From Perna viridis (lineage: Eukaryota), in NCBI GenBank assembly GCA_037379345.1, contig CM074516.1, positions 18,476,001 through 18,540,000 on the forward strand: DNA of 64,000 nt, given 5' to 3'. Made by a program: the position numbers and the translations under genes. Positions 1 through 13,075 of this stretch are shown here, one piece after another. Each line of letters opens with the position of its first letter. The first letter of the stretch is position 1. The notes under the pieces were generated by a model. That model did not search any database, had not been told where the DNA came from, and was given only the letters and a program-made list of their open reading frames with translations.

Positions 1-1090
1 AAGTGTTTTAAAAATCTGAAGTACCTTTTTACTCGTCTGGCTGTATATTTTTTCGTAAATGCTTTAATAAGCACAAGGATGAATAGGTATGCTATTACGC
101 TTAGGTCTTGCAATGCTTATTTTTAGTTAAACAATTACGGAAAATGATGTTATATGTTGTTATAGTAACCGGTTGATTTTTATATAAGGCGTTTTTCTTT
201 TAATACTTCGTTTTGGTTAAAAATTTCCAAGATGTTTTGCATAAATTTTGCAAATATGTCTGTATTTGCTAATGGAATGTAATTTTACAAAAAGTACATG
301 TCAGTATGTACTTGTTCTTAAAAGAAGGACACAAAAATGCATATGCCTTTTTTGTCAAGTGACAAATCATGATTTGATGGTCTCCCAATTCAGAGGTATA
401 ATGATTCATCCACGATGCCTTGAAACACGATTATTGTACTACAGAATTACCGTTTTTTTTTACTCTTTTTGTTTATTTTATGGTACAAAAGAAGCAATTC
501 TTGTGTATATCACCGAAAAAAAGTATATTATGATTAATATAGTACGTCTATAAAAGATAATTCACTAAAGGTAATTAATCAAAAATGAATGTTTCTAATG
601 TCAATGTCACTTAAACCCACAAAACGCAAAAGCCTAAAATCACGGATTTAAGGATTAAGGAATAAATTTAAAAAAACAAAAAAAGCATCCACTGATGCAA
701 CTATTAAAAGAAAAAAAAACACAAAGTAATGTGTTGAAGGAGATATAGACAATGTTTTCTAATTTCCGTTATGTGACTTTACTTTTCTACCAGAAACATG
801 TTTCGCAACACTATCAAAGCTAGGTTTTCTTTGAGTTCAAATTGAATATTACAATGGGATATTTGTGAACTTTAATGTATGTAAATTAAACTGATTAGTC
901 TTTGGTATTGATGTTTCAAAAAAGTAAAAAAACAACTGCTTTAGGCAAAGTGACTCATAAGTCATTATTTGCTTGGTACCAATATTTTATTATGATGATA
1001 TATGTTAAACGATATAACTTGTGGTTTTTTGGGGGTACAATGTACGTGGTACTCAAACACAGTATTCCCTGTATCTGTCAAATGGAAAAT

Positions 1091-1159
1091 GTTTGTTTGT
1101 TTGTTTGTTGGGGTTTAACGTCCGAGCAGCAATATTTCAGCTATATTCAGACGATGAAC
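1091..1159 (-). mobile_element. 5'-truncated copy (tail only) of the SINE-like family
   Basis: Tail sequence identical to the full copies; 12-bp TSD CAAATGGAAAAT (1079-1090 / 1160-1171); absent from the duplicated region near 11100. Confidence 0.85.
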
Positions 1160-1219
1160 CAAATGGAAAATAGTTACTACAAATCGACACATGCATAATA
1201 GGCCGATCAATTAACAAAG

Positions 1220-4200
1220 TCAACATTCCTCAAAGTAATGGTATGCTTCTATGGTACTGTTAGTTATTGTTCTGCTTGTTTGGTAAAAATAGCATTGTTT
1301 ATTGAGATCAATAGTGAAACCTAGACACCAAGGATGTCTCCCACAAAACATACTGCATGACATCTTTCTTGGTAAATTGATAGGGACAATGTTGAGACGG
1401 TGGATTGGTACTTTGTTTAGTTCTTGACAGAATTTAGCCTTCGCTGAAAAAAAGTATTGAGGCGTATTACCTATTGAATGCTTCAAACTTCCTAAAAACT
1501 AAGAAAAACTCTTTTTCGTAACTACTACAAAACGCCACTTCTATGTGAAATCACAAACGTCGTATAGTACTTTATCTCCAAAGTGGAAAATTCAAGTCTA
1601 AAAAGTGAGAAACTATTCGAACCAAAAAATTACTAACATTTAACATTGTCTTTTGCATACTTAAGTTCGTGTTTCAGAATTCTACCAACCACATTTTCGT
1701 CTAGATTACAATTTGTCAATACTACCATGCTTTCGGTTTATCGTAAAAATTCGGTTAGACAGTTACTGAAATGAAAGCTTCAATACTTTTTATATTGGTC
1801 CCTTGGTTTGGGTACACCTCAAACTCACAAAGTACAAGTGCATCGTCGCCAGGCAAATGCTGATATGTTTTATAGAGCTTGACATATCTTCCCATTGTTC
1901 CATGGTTACAAGCAAAGTTAAGAATAGGTGGAGGAATTTCGATTTGTCGGAAACAAAGGGCAGCTGAACCCATGTCGAGACTCTGTCATTTGGTAAGTTC
2001 TGTACCATCGTATACGTACAGGAGAAGATTAGACATCCTCTCTCGTTCTACAAATGGTACAATTCATCTAATCAGCTATGACAAGGTTATTTCATGTATA
2101 CATGTATTCAATGCACTTTTTAGATAAAGGAAAGTACTTTAGCACATTACCTGCTTTATCATCTAATATGGTTTGATAATTTAATTAAATAACCTTTGTA
2201 AAATCCTGCTTTCCTAAAAAAAACAACAAATATCCCATCGAACGCAACTTTTTCTGACTTATTGTTCTTCTGCAATTAAAAATTCAAGCTCGCAATACTT
2301 TGGAATGAAATCGTAATAAAATGATATTTCATAGGTCCTGAATATGACAAAGGCAAAATTAGGTCCTTGACAATCAAGATACAAATGTAATTTTGTATAT
2401 TTCCGACGTCAGATTTTTTTAAAACATAACCGTATGGTCTGACATTACATATATTATCCTATCAAATAACTGTTCACGAAAGTCAATTTCAATGTCATTT
2501 TCTTCAAATTTATCATAGTTTTCCGTGATTTGAACATATTTGTCATCAAAGTCAGCAACATAAATCTATAAACCGTATCATTATTTGGGTAAGTGGTTCT
2601 TGTATATTTTTATTACATGTCATTATTATACATTTATATTTAACCAATAAAATTCGATGTAGAGGTCACGTTATACAACTTTACTTTCCGAATTATATAT
2701 ACACTTGGGAAATATCTATAGGATACTACATATATACTGTTCAAAATGCGGATGTGAGTTTCGTTTTGGAAGTTCGAAAATTTTGCAGTACAACCCGAGC
2801 TTTGACGTTACTTAATTACTGTTTTTATACTCTCCGTGATGAGTTTACGGATGTTGTGTAATGGATAGGGTGACAAAACCATGTAGAAGACAGAATATTC
2901 CGTACAAGTTATAACTTGTATGACGCAAAAATACAAGTTATTACGTGTACAATTCGGCTTGTACATATTACAACTTGTTCAAGGACATGACAGAAAATAT
3001 TTCAATTAGTACAATATTGTAATGAATCTTTTAATATATGAAGTATTGTCAAATGAAATAGAAATATGATAAATATTAATTAAACAAAATTTAATAAGAC
3101 AATTAGAAAAACAAAACATACACAATATTTCTTCTTCTACCTATTTACTAATTATAAAAAAACACCATAAAGGGTGAACTCTATGATGTTCATAAGTTAA
3201 CAAAATAGCTCCTGATCTTCGTTAAACCATTTTTACGTTCGGAGGGTTAACATTTTTAGGTCGCTTTAAAAATGGAGGTTGGTAAACAAGACACAATTTG
3301 ACCAATGAACCTTCGGAGACAAAAAATGTTGAATCAGAGCCTCCAGATATCAACATTCTAGAGACATTTGGTACGGCTATTTTGTGAATATCAGTCTAGA
3401 CCTCGTAAAAGAGCACTTTCTGCGAGTGACGATGCGTTTCCTTCGATTTCGAATCATGCTATAAAGAGAGCTAGAATAAGAGTATTATCACATCAATTAC
3501 TACTAGCTGACCGTTTAACACAAAAAAAAAAGAAAGACAATCCTTACTGTCCTTAATATTGGTGATAATGTAAAATGGCCACTTCCGTCCGTATATAATG
3601 GTCCAACTGACGTTAGAAATATAAGAGGTGTTAAACATTAAATAAAATTATAAGATACAATGTTTGATAACAAAGATGGGAAAATTATAGGGTTTGTCAG
3701 TCGAAACCATTTTTAAGGTCTTTCTAATGCTACACTTGGAGTGTCTAATATTCCAATGAATGAATGTGGTGTAAGAGAGATTGTCAGTAGGTTATCATTG
3801 AGTGGAGGAGAGGGACATCTTCATTGTAATTGTAAGAAAGACTGTAAGAGTGGAAGGTGTAAGTGCTGAAAAATTAAAGTTGTGTGCAATTCCAGGTGTC
3901 ATATGTCAACAACTTGTAACATAAGTACAAATGTATACCCATCACGTATGTGGTTAGTAATTATGCGTTTTTTATTGTTTGGTCAATAAGCATGCATAAA
4001 ATATAAATGTTATGTTTTTTTTTAAATATTGTACAAGTTAACATCATTTTTGGTAATTTGTTGTACATGCTATAACATTTCCAGCCAAACTTTGTACATG
4101 TTATAACTTGTATTTTTGTGTCATACAAGTCATAATAGGTACAACAATTTTATATATGTAATAACATATACAAAACCACAACTTGTACACAACATAAACA

Positions 4201-4490
4201 TATGGGGCCAACTCATGTTTGACGTAAAGTTGTTTTAATATAAATAATTAAACATACTACCCATGTTCTAAATTAAGACTGTCTGAAATAGATAGTAATC
4301 GTTTCTATTGTATATACTTCTCCAAGATCTACAGCCCACCAATACTCAAGTTCATTTAACAAGGTATGTGCAAATCAAATTCTAAAAATCTATTTCCATC
4401 ATTGGCATATTTAGCATATCCTACTTCTGCGTGTGTTGAACTTAGAATCCTTTCTGACTGCAACATTTTCTCTATATTCTACAAACAAAT
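1220..4490 (-). pseudogene. F-type lectin (fucolectin/FTP) + PAN/apple domain pseudogene, copy 1
   Basis: Exon ~4490-4275 reads ENVAVRK..STH..YAKYANDGN..AHT..WWAVDLGEVYTIETITIYFR with frameshifts. Exon ~2048-1803 reads ERMSNL..(TGA)..GRYVKLYK..LVLCEFEVY. Exon ~1445-1220 has the PAN-like CSMFCGRHPWCLGFTIDLNKQCYFY. Interrupted by a Ginger-like element. Confidence 0.78.
2852..4194 (+). mobile_element. Internally deleted Ginger-type (KRBA2/SCAND3-like integrase) DNA transposon
   Basis: Termini TGTTGTGTA...TACACAACA; ~60-bp subterminal inverted repeats (2902-2961 / 4081-4142). Broken coding remnant LNIGDNVKWPLPSV..PTDVRNIRGV and GGEGHLHCNCKKDCKSGRCKC*K..CNSRCH..CN. Absent from the paralogous copy 2. 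No clear TSD. Confidence 0.72.
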
Positions 4491-4819
4491 TACCCCTGTA
4501 TATTAGAGATATTCTCGGGTAATATCCAATTACATTTTAAAGAACAATGTTTTCAACTGAAACAAGAATATGGTAATTAATTGAGTAAAATGTTTCTGGA
4601 CATTAAATAAATTTATAAAAATCAAATTAATTTAAAGCCAATATCTATGACAAACACTTAAACAGAAGTTTCACGCAACAAGAGTTGTTGAAACTACAAC
4701 AAATACCATCGAAAAAAGATAAGTGTTACTGGTTTGTGAAGGTCAATTTTTGTTTAAAGTGTCTATATCTGCACAGGTGGATTGAAATTCCAATGTGTTA
4801 ACAGTTTGTGATAGTCTAT

Positions 4820-5143
4820 CCTCCTGTACTATGAAAACTGATTTTTTTCAACGGGTCATAGTTTTCCTTTTCTCGTTTGTCTACCCCGGACTTTACTTTT
4901 TTATGAGCAACTCGATGGGTGTTTCTAGAAAAGCAGGGGACGCTTACCCTACCGGTGCACCTGGCCCATGCTTCCAGTTTTTAATTGAGTCCGATTTGCT
5001 CATTTGCTTTTGTTACTTTGTATGGATGATTTTAGTTACATTATGTTCTTTGTTGTGTTTTTTCTGTTTTTCGTGTCTGGTCTTTGTCCCTGGATTACAT
5101 TCTTTTGATTACTGCAATAACCTTGGTTCCCTTGATTACTCTT
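4820..5143 (+). mobile_element. Naiad 3' end fragment
   Basis: Same 3' UTR, ending CCCTTGATTACTCTT. Confidence 0.85.
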
Positions 5144-6722
5144 AAATCATTGAAGATGTTCTGGCTACAGAAACTTCTCAACAACTTAATAACCCCCTTT
5201 GAAAGTATCATTATCAAGTGTTATCGAAAAGCATAGGGTGAGCAGATCTTGAATAAGCCTAATAGGTTTGATTCAAACATTAAGATTAAAGGTACTATCT
5301 TTTTGAAGCAACAATTCTGTCAACAAACGTATTTATTCAATTATATGATTTCAGGTAATAGACTTCTCCGAGTTTTCAGAACAATACCAAAGAATAGCAA
5401 CATTTTTTTCTGGAATATTACGGTATTGATTCTGCACATAATCACAAAGTATTTATTTCAGCAATATTAATGAACGCCATTTTTTTAAAATCCATAAAAC
5501 TTTCAGTGCTGGAGTCTCTAGGTATATGTATGTTCTGACATCATAAATGTTTTAAAACCAATTTATGTCAACGATAACATTATTCAATCGTCGTTAGTAT
5601 ACATTCAAACTACAAAAAATGAAATGAGTGTCAGAACCGATTCAACATTTCGACTGTATGATTTATTGAATCTTATTTTTTGTTAAAACTGAAAATAATG
5701 TAATTCATATAAAATGACACGATAAAAAACATGTCTTCAAAATACCGAAACATCAGAATTAAAAGACAATTGACGTACGTCGATACCAAACCTCATGAAG
5801 AAAACGTGAAAAAGGAAACAAAAACGATCTACATACTACAATATATAAAACTTAAGCATTTGTAATATGAGCTCGCACAAAAGAACGGCGTAGACATAAG
5901 GTGCTCCGGTAGGGCATGTATGTCATCAGCACTTGTCACTAGAGGTTTTTTTCATATGACTAATCAGCTACTGGTATAAATCTTTTTACCGTAAATGTAT
6001 GTAAACAACGTGGCACCAAATATTATCCTCAGATTCATTCTTTTTTTTTGTCTCAAAATTTACAGATCTTTTTGAACTCAAATTAATTTTACCTATAAAA
6101 GCCTTAGAAAAGAGAGAAAAAAACCAAAACTAAATATACTTATAGATATCTACATAATACTTCGCAAATATTTGATCCTTTTGTTTGATATTTTAATTAT
6201 TAATCATATTACTAATAGAATTTTATATGTGATTGGTACTATTTTTATGTATTTTAATGCACATAGTACAGCTATCGACTACAGTTATTGACTTGAACGA
6301 AGTTAATTATCACTCGAGGTATGCAAAATGTATTTGTGCAGAATTTAGGAGGCTCGAGGGAACAGTTTCAAAACAAAGGATTCTGATTAACTGATACGGT
6401 GATATTGCAAAATGTATTTGCTCATTTTGGAGAGGCTAAACAGTACTGTACTTGCTCAAACCATGGGATTTTGATATAAATATGTTTAGTAGATCACATA
6501 GTTTGGGGAAATGGAAGTTACCTTTTCCTTCCAAATGTATGAAATAATTTTTTGTAAAGCTTGCCAATCAAGTAGCCACAACAGTGAATCGATGAAGTGA
6601 TACATTATGGGGTTCTGGATAATCTTTTTTTCTCTATTAAAAGACAAGAAATGTATATATTTATAACTATTGCATGAATTAAACTGCTTATAAATTTGAA
6701 ATACAATGAACAAAGACCTTAA

Positions 6723-6936
6723 GGAGGTAGACCTAGGGTAAGGGACGGAACTCACTCTTAAAATCATTGGAACGTTTGTATTCAGTATTTTACATCAATC
6801 TTATGTAAGCATTACAGTAACTGGGACTGTTATCAATCAGTTTCAAACGAAAGCTTGACAGGCTTTGGTGTATTTAATATAATATAAATATATCACTGAT
6901 TTCATGAGTTATGTCCCTTACCCTAGGTCTACCTCC
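6723..6936. mobile_element. 214-bp MITE with perfect 24-bp TIRs and TTAA TSD (Kolobok-type)
   Basis: TTAA|GGAGGTAGACCTAGGGTAAGGGAC ... GTCCCTTACCCTAGGTCTACCTCC|TTAA. Purine-purine termini with a TTAA target fit Kolobok rather than piggyBac. Confidence 0.85.
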
Positions 6937-7321
6937 TTAAATTCATCTTAATGGGTTCTTGCGATAGTTATTATATTCGTTTATAAGCACACCAGTATTT
7001 GATAGCCAACCTTCTTATCAACTGTCATAAAAACTATTTGAACGCTTAGGAGGATTGGAGCTCACCATGCAAAAATGCTGAATGGCAACAGACAGATATT
7101 TTTGTAATGGCGTAATTCAATATAATTTCGTAAACTTTATTTCTACAAATCTTAACATTTTATAACATTCATGGTATTTTTATCAAATTGAAATTGGAAT
7201 AAAGACTTTCATGCTTATAATTAAATAATGACAACAAAAAAGGCATGTTTTAAACGTTCAACTAATCAAAGACACAAGCAATCTATTGAATATAACTGCT
7301 ACTATATATATACAACTATAT

Positions 7322-7385
7322 AAGAGTAATCAAGGGAACAAAGATTCTAGCAGAAACCAAAAGAATGTCATTCAGTCAGAAACAC
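7322..7385 (-). mobile_element. Short degenerate Naiad 3' tip
   Basis: AAGAGTAATCAAGGGAAC...CAAAAGAATGT. Confidence 0.65.
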
Positions 7386-9849
7386 TAGATATATAATAAG
7401 GAAGTTAGGCAGATAAATGAAATAAACAGAATAATTTCCAACAACAATCATTACAATGCTACGATGCAAACGTATTATGAAGGGGCAAATTTTAAGAGGC
7501 TGTCCATTTATAGACCAATCAATTCCTTTGTTATGGATGGCACAGGGTAAATTTTATGACACAGATTTTTTGTTCCAATGTAATGCAAATATCATATATA
7601 TGTCCAATAGTACAAAGATAAATTGACAGGGTAATATTTCATCCGGATAGTATTATTTTGTCTTACATATGTCCAATAGTACCAAGATTGACAATAGACG
7701 GCTCAAAAAATGATTTTAAAGTTCCCTAAGAAAGCACGTTTTTTTCAAAAAATGAAAAAGTATAGTCCCTTTTCCAATGAATTTTAATGCTTCCAATATA
7801 ATTCATTTCTCTTTAACCGTAGCAGTTTATCAAAAAGCCAACATCCAACTTTGAGAAAGGAAGCATTTGCGATATGAAATGAATGATTTTGTTTTTAAAA
7901 CGAATCCCCTTTATATTAATTTCTGAATCCACCCCTGGTGGTTAGTTTTATTCAATATAATATGAAAACATTAGTTTATTGAGTCATATGATCAATCCAG
8001 ATCGACCAAATTCTGTTGGAAGCAAGTAAAACATAGTCATGTACTATTATGGAAAAAATAAAACCGGTTGACCGATCGAGCAGACCTGTTTTTTTTATTC
8101 AGGACAACAATTCTTAAGGTAATCTGTGTACACAAATCTACTATTGGTTAAATTTCAACTTGAAAATATATGTCATTGAAATTGCTAGTACATTGTCGGG
8201 GCAGTATAGTAAGGATTTAATGTAATTGTAATTGTACCACATTTAATCAGTTTTGCATTCCTGATTTAATTTTGTGAAAAGGTTTGAATATTTTTAGCAA
8301 ACATCGACAAAGTATTCCGATAAAAAATCTTCGGAAAATTCAGAGGCATCACAATCAAAGTGCATAGTCAAAATAAAGACCATCGTCAGACATGTAGTAC
8401 ATAAATTTACATAAAACAATATTTAATAATGAAATAAGATTGTTCCCAAAAACTTAAGAATTTGCAATATACGATTCTACAAAATTGGGACATCAGCTAC
8501 TAGTACGACCTGCACTGCCAGTGGAACTCATCACATCCGATTTCATATGTAGAGAATGCTTTATTAGGGAAAATGTGAACATTATCATTATAAAGGTAAA
8601 ATGGAATTGAAGAAACAAACGAAACGTATAAAATATAGAAAATGAGGCTCACATTTTCGAGCAAAGAGTATTAAAAGAGAGAAATAACTAGAAGAACTTT
8701 CGACCGGACTGAGTATTCCTTGATTCCATTTTGAAGCCTTATGTAAAGTAGTTAAGAATTTTAACAAAACGATACGTGCTATGTTTGCGGTAGACCAAGC
8801 AATATACCTCTGTTTGTTTAGACACTACGTGTCTGCATCCAATGCATACGTCGGAGAGGAATGAAGAGTCATAACAAAATTACCGAACTGATAAAATCTA
8901 GGCATACGTCTAAACAAAAAGTCAATAGGAAAGTCCGAATACCAAATGGTAAAAATCAAGGTAAAAACAGAAACGTTGTACATTTGTAAACCACAGCAAT
9001 TGTTTTGAATTCGTTCAGGCATTTCCAATATAATAGGTGGATTAAAACAGGTTTCATATTATCATCATTTGAAGTTATATTTTTGACGTATGCACAAACA
9101 TCTTTTGTTAATTATGTAACAGAGATACATATCAACGGCATTTCATTGTTTTTGTTATTTAACCTATTGTTCCCGAATTCATCCATATTGATCTCTGATT
9201 AAGCCTTTTGTGTAACTCAGGTGAGCTAAATTCGCTTTGGTATATATTTGATATTTCCAACATTATTGCAATCATTCGTGTAAGGACATTTCGAGTGGGA
9301 CTTTTCCATTTTGTCTGACATTCACAAAGACCTGTTTTCCATTAAATGCATAATTTAAATTTATACTTTGCGTTAGATATCAATTTACGTGAGTGTATTG
9401 TACTCTTTTTATTTGAAAGTATAATGGTATGTACATGAATGGCCACAAAATATTGTGTCTGTATCTTGCTACCCTACCTTCTCTATTTTTGGTGCCTATC
9501 CTAAACATCTTAAGGCCATTTTGGCTTAAGCAAATGTATTCTCTACCTTCCTACCTTTTTTTACTGGTAGCAGCAGGAAAGAAGACTATTATTTTGTTTT
9601 GCCTAAGTGACAGTTTTGTATATCACAATGAGTCCGTTAGGGCGATGTGATGGTCTGAGTAGACGTTCAAAATGGTGTTATTCCGCTTATCGGCGACACC
9701 ACAGTCACTTAGAGGTAACGTTTTCATTGGTAATTGTCAATAAGTTTTCAATATCATGGCAGTAGCCTGAAATAAACAGTCGTCTTGGAATTGGTTTTAA
9801 ATCAATTTGTCAATATTTTTCATACCTGAACTAAAATATTGTTATTTTA

Positions 9850-10030
9850 TTATGATTATGATGTACCACGCCAGGGTTACCCCATTCCACCACTTGGGAC
9901 ACACAACCCAGTTGCTCTGTGGGCAGAGCGCCCTAGCCCCCGGCTAGGGTGCTGGGCACCATTTAATCGCCTTTTACGACACGCTTAGCGTGCTGCAGGC
10001 CTATTCGTTTGACACCCGGACCTGCACGGG
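9850..10030 (-). mobile_element. Stand-alone 5' module (~165 nt) of the SINE-like family with its own (ATCATA)n-like tail
   Basis: Matches the first ~170 nt of the long element, then runs into CATCATAATCATAAT instead of the middle domain; no TSD found. Confidence 0.75.
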
Positions 10031-11174
10031 TCTCTTTAGCATTCATGATAAAGCACTCTACATATAGAAATAATGTTGTAAGGTTATACCCCCAGGTACA
10101 ACATCTTTATCATGATGAGAAGAGAGGAACATTATACAGCTAATGTTTAGGGCAATCATTTATACAGTGTTAGAGATTATAAATGCGACGTTGTACATGT
10201 ACCAATCAAACTAACTATTTTACCCATTCTGACCATGAGTCAAGATCTGGTCTCTTCAATCACAACTACTGCGTCAATTATGAGTTTAAAATTATGGTAC
10301 CAGTTTCTTTGTTGCGATTTCTAAACTTACGGCCGTGACATATATTCTCATTTTGAATGGTATTCAGCTGAGATGGCTTGATTTAATGTAAACAAAAGAT
10401 TTTTTCGAACAATTATAAGTAGGAGGAGTTTTTAGGTAAATTACTAAGCATAGGTCCTGTAATGCTTGTTTGTAGTTAAAATGTTATGGGAAATGGTGTT
10501 GTTGTTTCTTGTTTTATCTATAGTAGGTGGCAAATAGTAACCGATTGATTTTTGATATAAGGCGAAAGTTCTTTTAATACTTCATTTTGATTAAGAACTC
10601 CCTTATGCTGATCGCAAATATGTCTTATTTGCAAATGACTTCTATGTCAAGTTACAAATAATGATTTGATGACGCCCCAATTCAGAGAAATAATGATTCC
10701 TCCACGCTGCCCTAAAACACGATTGTTGTACTAGAGAATTACAATGTTTTCTTACTTAACTAGAATAGTTAATTTTGTGGTACAAGAGAGGCGATCCTTG
10801 TGTATTTCACTGAAAATAAACCAGTATATTGACTATTTGACAAAATCAAACAATTTTCGCAACACTATCAAATATAGGATTTCTGTGAGTTCAAATTAAA
10901 TATCGCAGTGGAAAGCTTGTGAACTTTGAAATTATGTGAAAAAATTTTGCTTTAATCTCATATACTTAAAATATTAAAAAACAATCTAGTTTAGGCAAAG
11001 TGACTCATACGTCATTTTATGATTGGTACTAACATTTCAGTATGATGTGCTCCCGATCGTTGGGTACAATGTACGTGACACTCAAATAAAGTATTTTCTT
11101 TGTCCAACTAAAAAAAGGGTACTTTACATACTACAAATCGACAAATGCAGAAAAAAAACGAGCAGTCAATAAAG

Positions 11175-13075
11175 TTAACATTTCTCGTAGAAATGGTATG
11201 ATACGATGGTACTGTCAGTTATTGTACTGCTTGTTTGGTAAAGATAACATTGTTCATTTGGTTCAATAATGAAACCTAGACACATAGGATATTTCCCACA
11301 AAACAAACTATCACTCTTTGCAAATTGATAGACATAATGTGGAGACGAAGAAGTGGTTCTTTGTTTAGTTCTCGACAAAATTTAGTCTCCGAATAAAAGT
11401 ATTAGGGCGTATTAACTATTGAATGCTTCAAACTTCTGAAAAACTAGAAAATTATGTATTTCTCAACTACATTGTATTACAAAACGCCATTTTCTATGAA
11501 ATAACAAACGTGAAACATGAAATCTTTTAATGGTCAAAATAGAAATTTCCTTATCTCAAAAGTGGAAAATTCCTGTCTAAAAGTGAGAACATATTAGAAC
11601 CAAAACGTTACTAACAATAATTCTAAGATTGTCTTTTACATGCCTAAGTTTCAGATTTCAGTCAATTCTACCTACAAAATTTTCGTCTAGAAGAATCATA
11701 GTTAAATTTTGTCAATACTGTCATGTTTTCTGCTTCAACAGTGTAACAAATCTGGTGGACATTTACTGAAATAAAAAGCTTTAATACCTTTTATATTGGT
11801 CTCTTGTTTTTGTAGACCTCAAATTCACAAAGTACAAGTGCATCGCAGGCAGGCAAATGACGATTTGTCTTATAAAGCTTGACATATCTTCTTCCCATGG
11901 TTCTTTGGTTGCAAGCAAAGTCAAGAATAAGTGGAGGAATTTCGTTTTGTCTGAAACAAAGCGCAGCTGAACCCATGTCAAAACTCTGGCAATTGGTAAT
12001 TTTGTACTATCTTATACGTACAAGGAAAAATTCGACATCCTCTCTCGTCCTACAAACGGTATAAGTCAGACAAAGTTAGATATACAAATATTATATATAC
12101 ATAGTATAGTTGCTACTTAATCTTTTTTTAATCTTCTGTATACATGTATTCAATGAACTGTTTAGATAACGGAAAATTCTTTAGGAAATTACCTGCTTTA
12201 TGATCTGATGTGGTTTGATTATAATGAAATAACCTTTATTAAATGCTGCTTTCCTGAACAACCAACAATCTCATCAAACACAACTCTTTCTGATTTTGCG
12301 TTCTTCTGCAATTCAAAATTCAAACTCGCAATAATTTCGATTGAAACCGTAATAAATTATACATTTATGCCATAGGTCCTCAATAATGACAAAGGCAAAA
12401 TTAATATATGGAGAGGTGCTCTTATATTTGTTTATCACAGGACATTATCATACAACTTTATGTATTTACCAATGAAATTCGATTTGAGGTCACATTATAC
12501 AACTTTCCCTTTTTGAATTGTATACTTTATATTAATATTTGATAATATATCTGTACTGTTCCACATATGGATGTGTACTTCGTATTGGATATTCGGAAAT
12601 TCGGTACTACACGGAGATTTATAAAGTCGAATAGGCAGTTATTGAAGTGAATGTTTAGGAACATTTACAAGTGGTCCCATTGTTTGGGTAGACCCCAAAC
12701 ACACAAAGAACAATGGCATTTTTGCCAGGCAAATACGGATAGAGCTTGACGTATCGTGAAGCCAACTCATTTGTTGACGCGAAGTTATTTTTAATATAAA
12801 TGATCAACCATCCTCCGAATGTTCTAATTAGATAATTAAGACTTACCTGTCAGTCTCAAGAAGATTGCAATCATTTCTATTATATACAACTCTCCAAGAT
12901 TTACAGTCCACCAATGCGCAGGTTCATTGGTAACGGTATGTCCGCAATATTCAAGCTTTTCGTAATCGAATTATAAAATCATTTCCCATCATTGGCGTAC
13001 TTGGCGTATGTTATATCTGCGTGTGTTGAACTTTGCTTAGAATATTTTCTGACAGCAACATTTTCTCTATACCCT
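11175..13075 (-). pseudogene. F-type lectin + PAN/apple domain pseudogene, copy 2
   Basis: Exon ~13073-12847 reads ENVAVRKYSKQSSTH..ANDGK*, frameshift, CGHT..WWTVNLGELYII, with a GTAAGT donor. Extra C-half remnant ~12785-12690 (RYVKLY..AIVLCVFGVY). Exon ~12050-11800 has an in-frame TAA and GRRYVKLY..LVLCEFEVY. PAN exon ~11385-11175. Confidence 0.78.

Noticed and set aside
1986-1988. TGA aligned to a Cys codon of the paralogue (possible selenocysteine)
   Set aside because: The same gene copy has frameshifts in another exon; a simple nonsense mutation is more likely.
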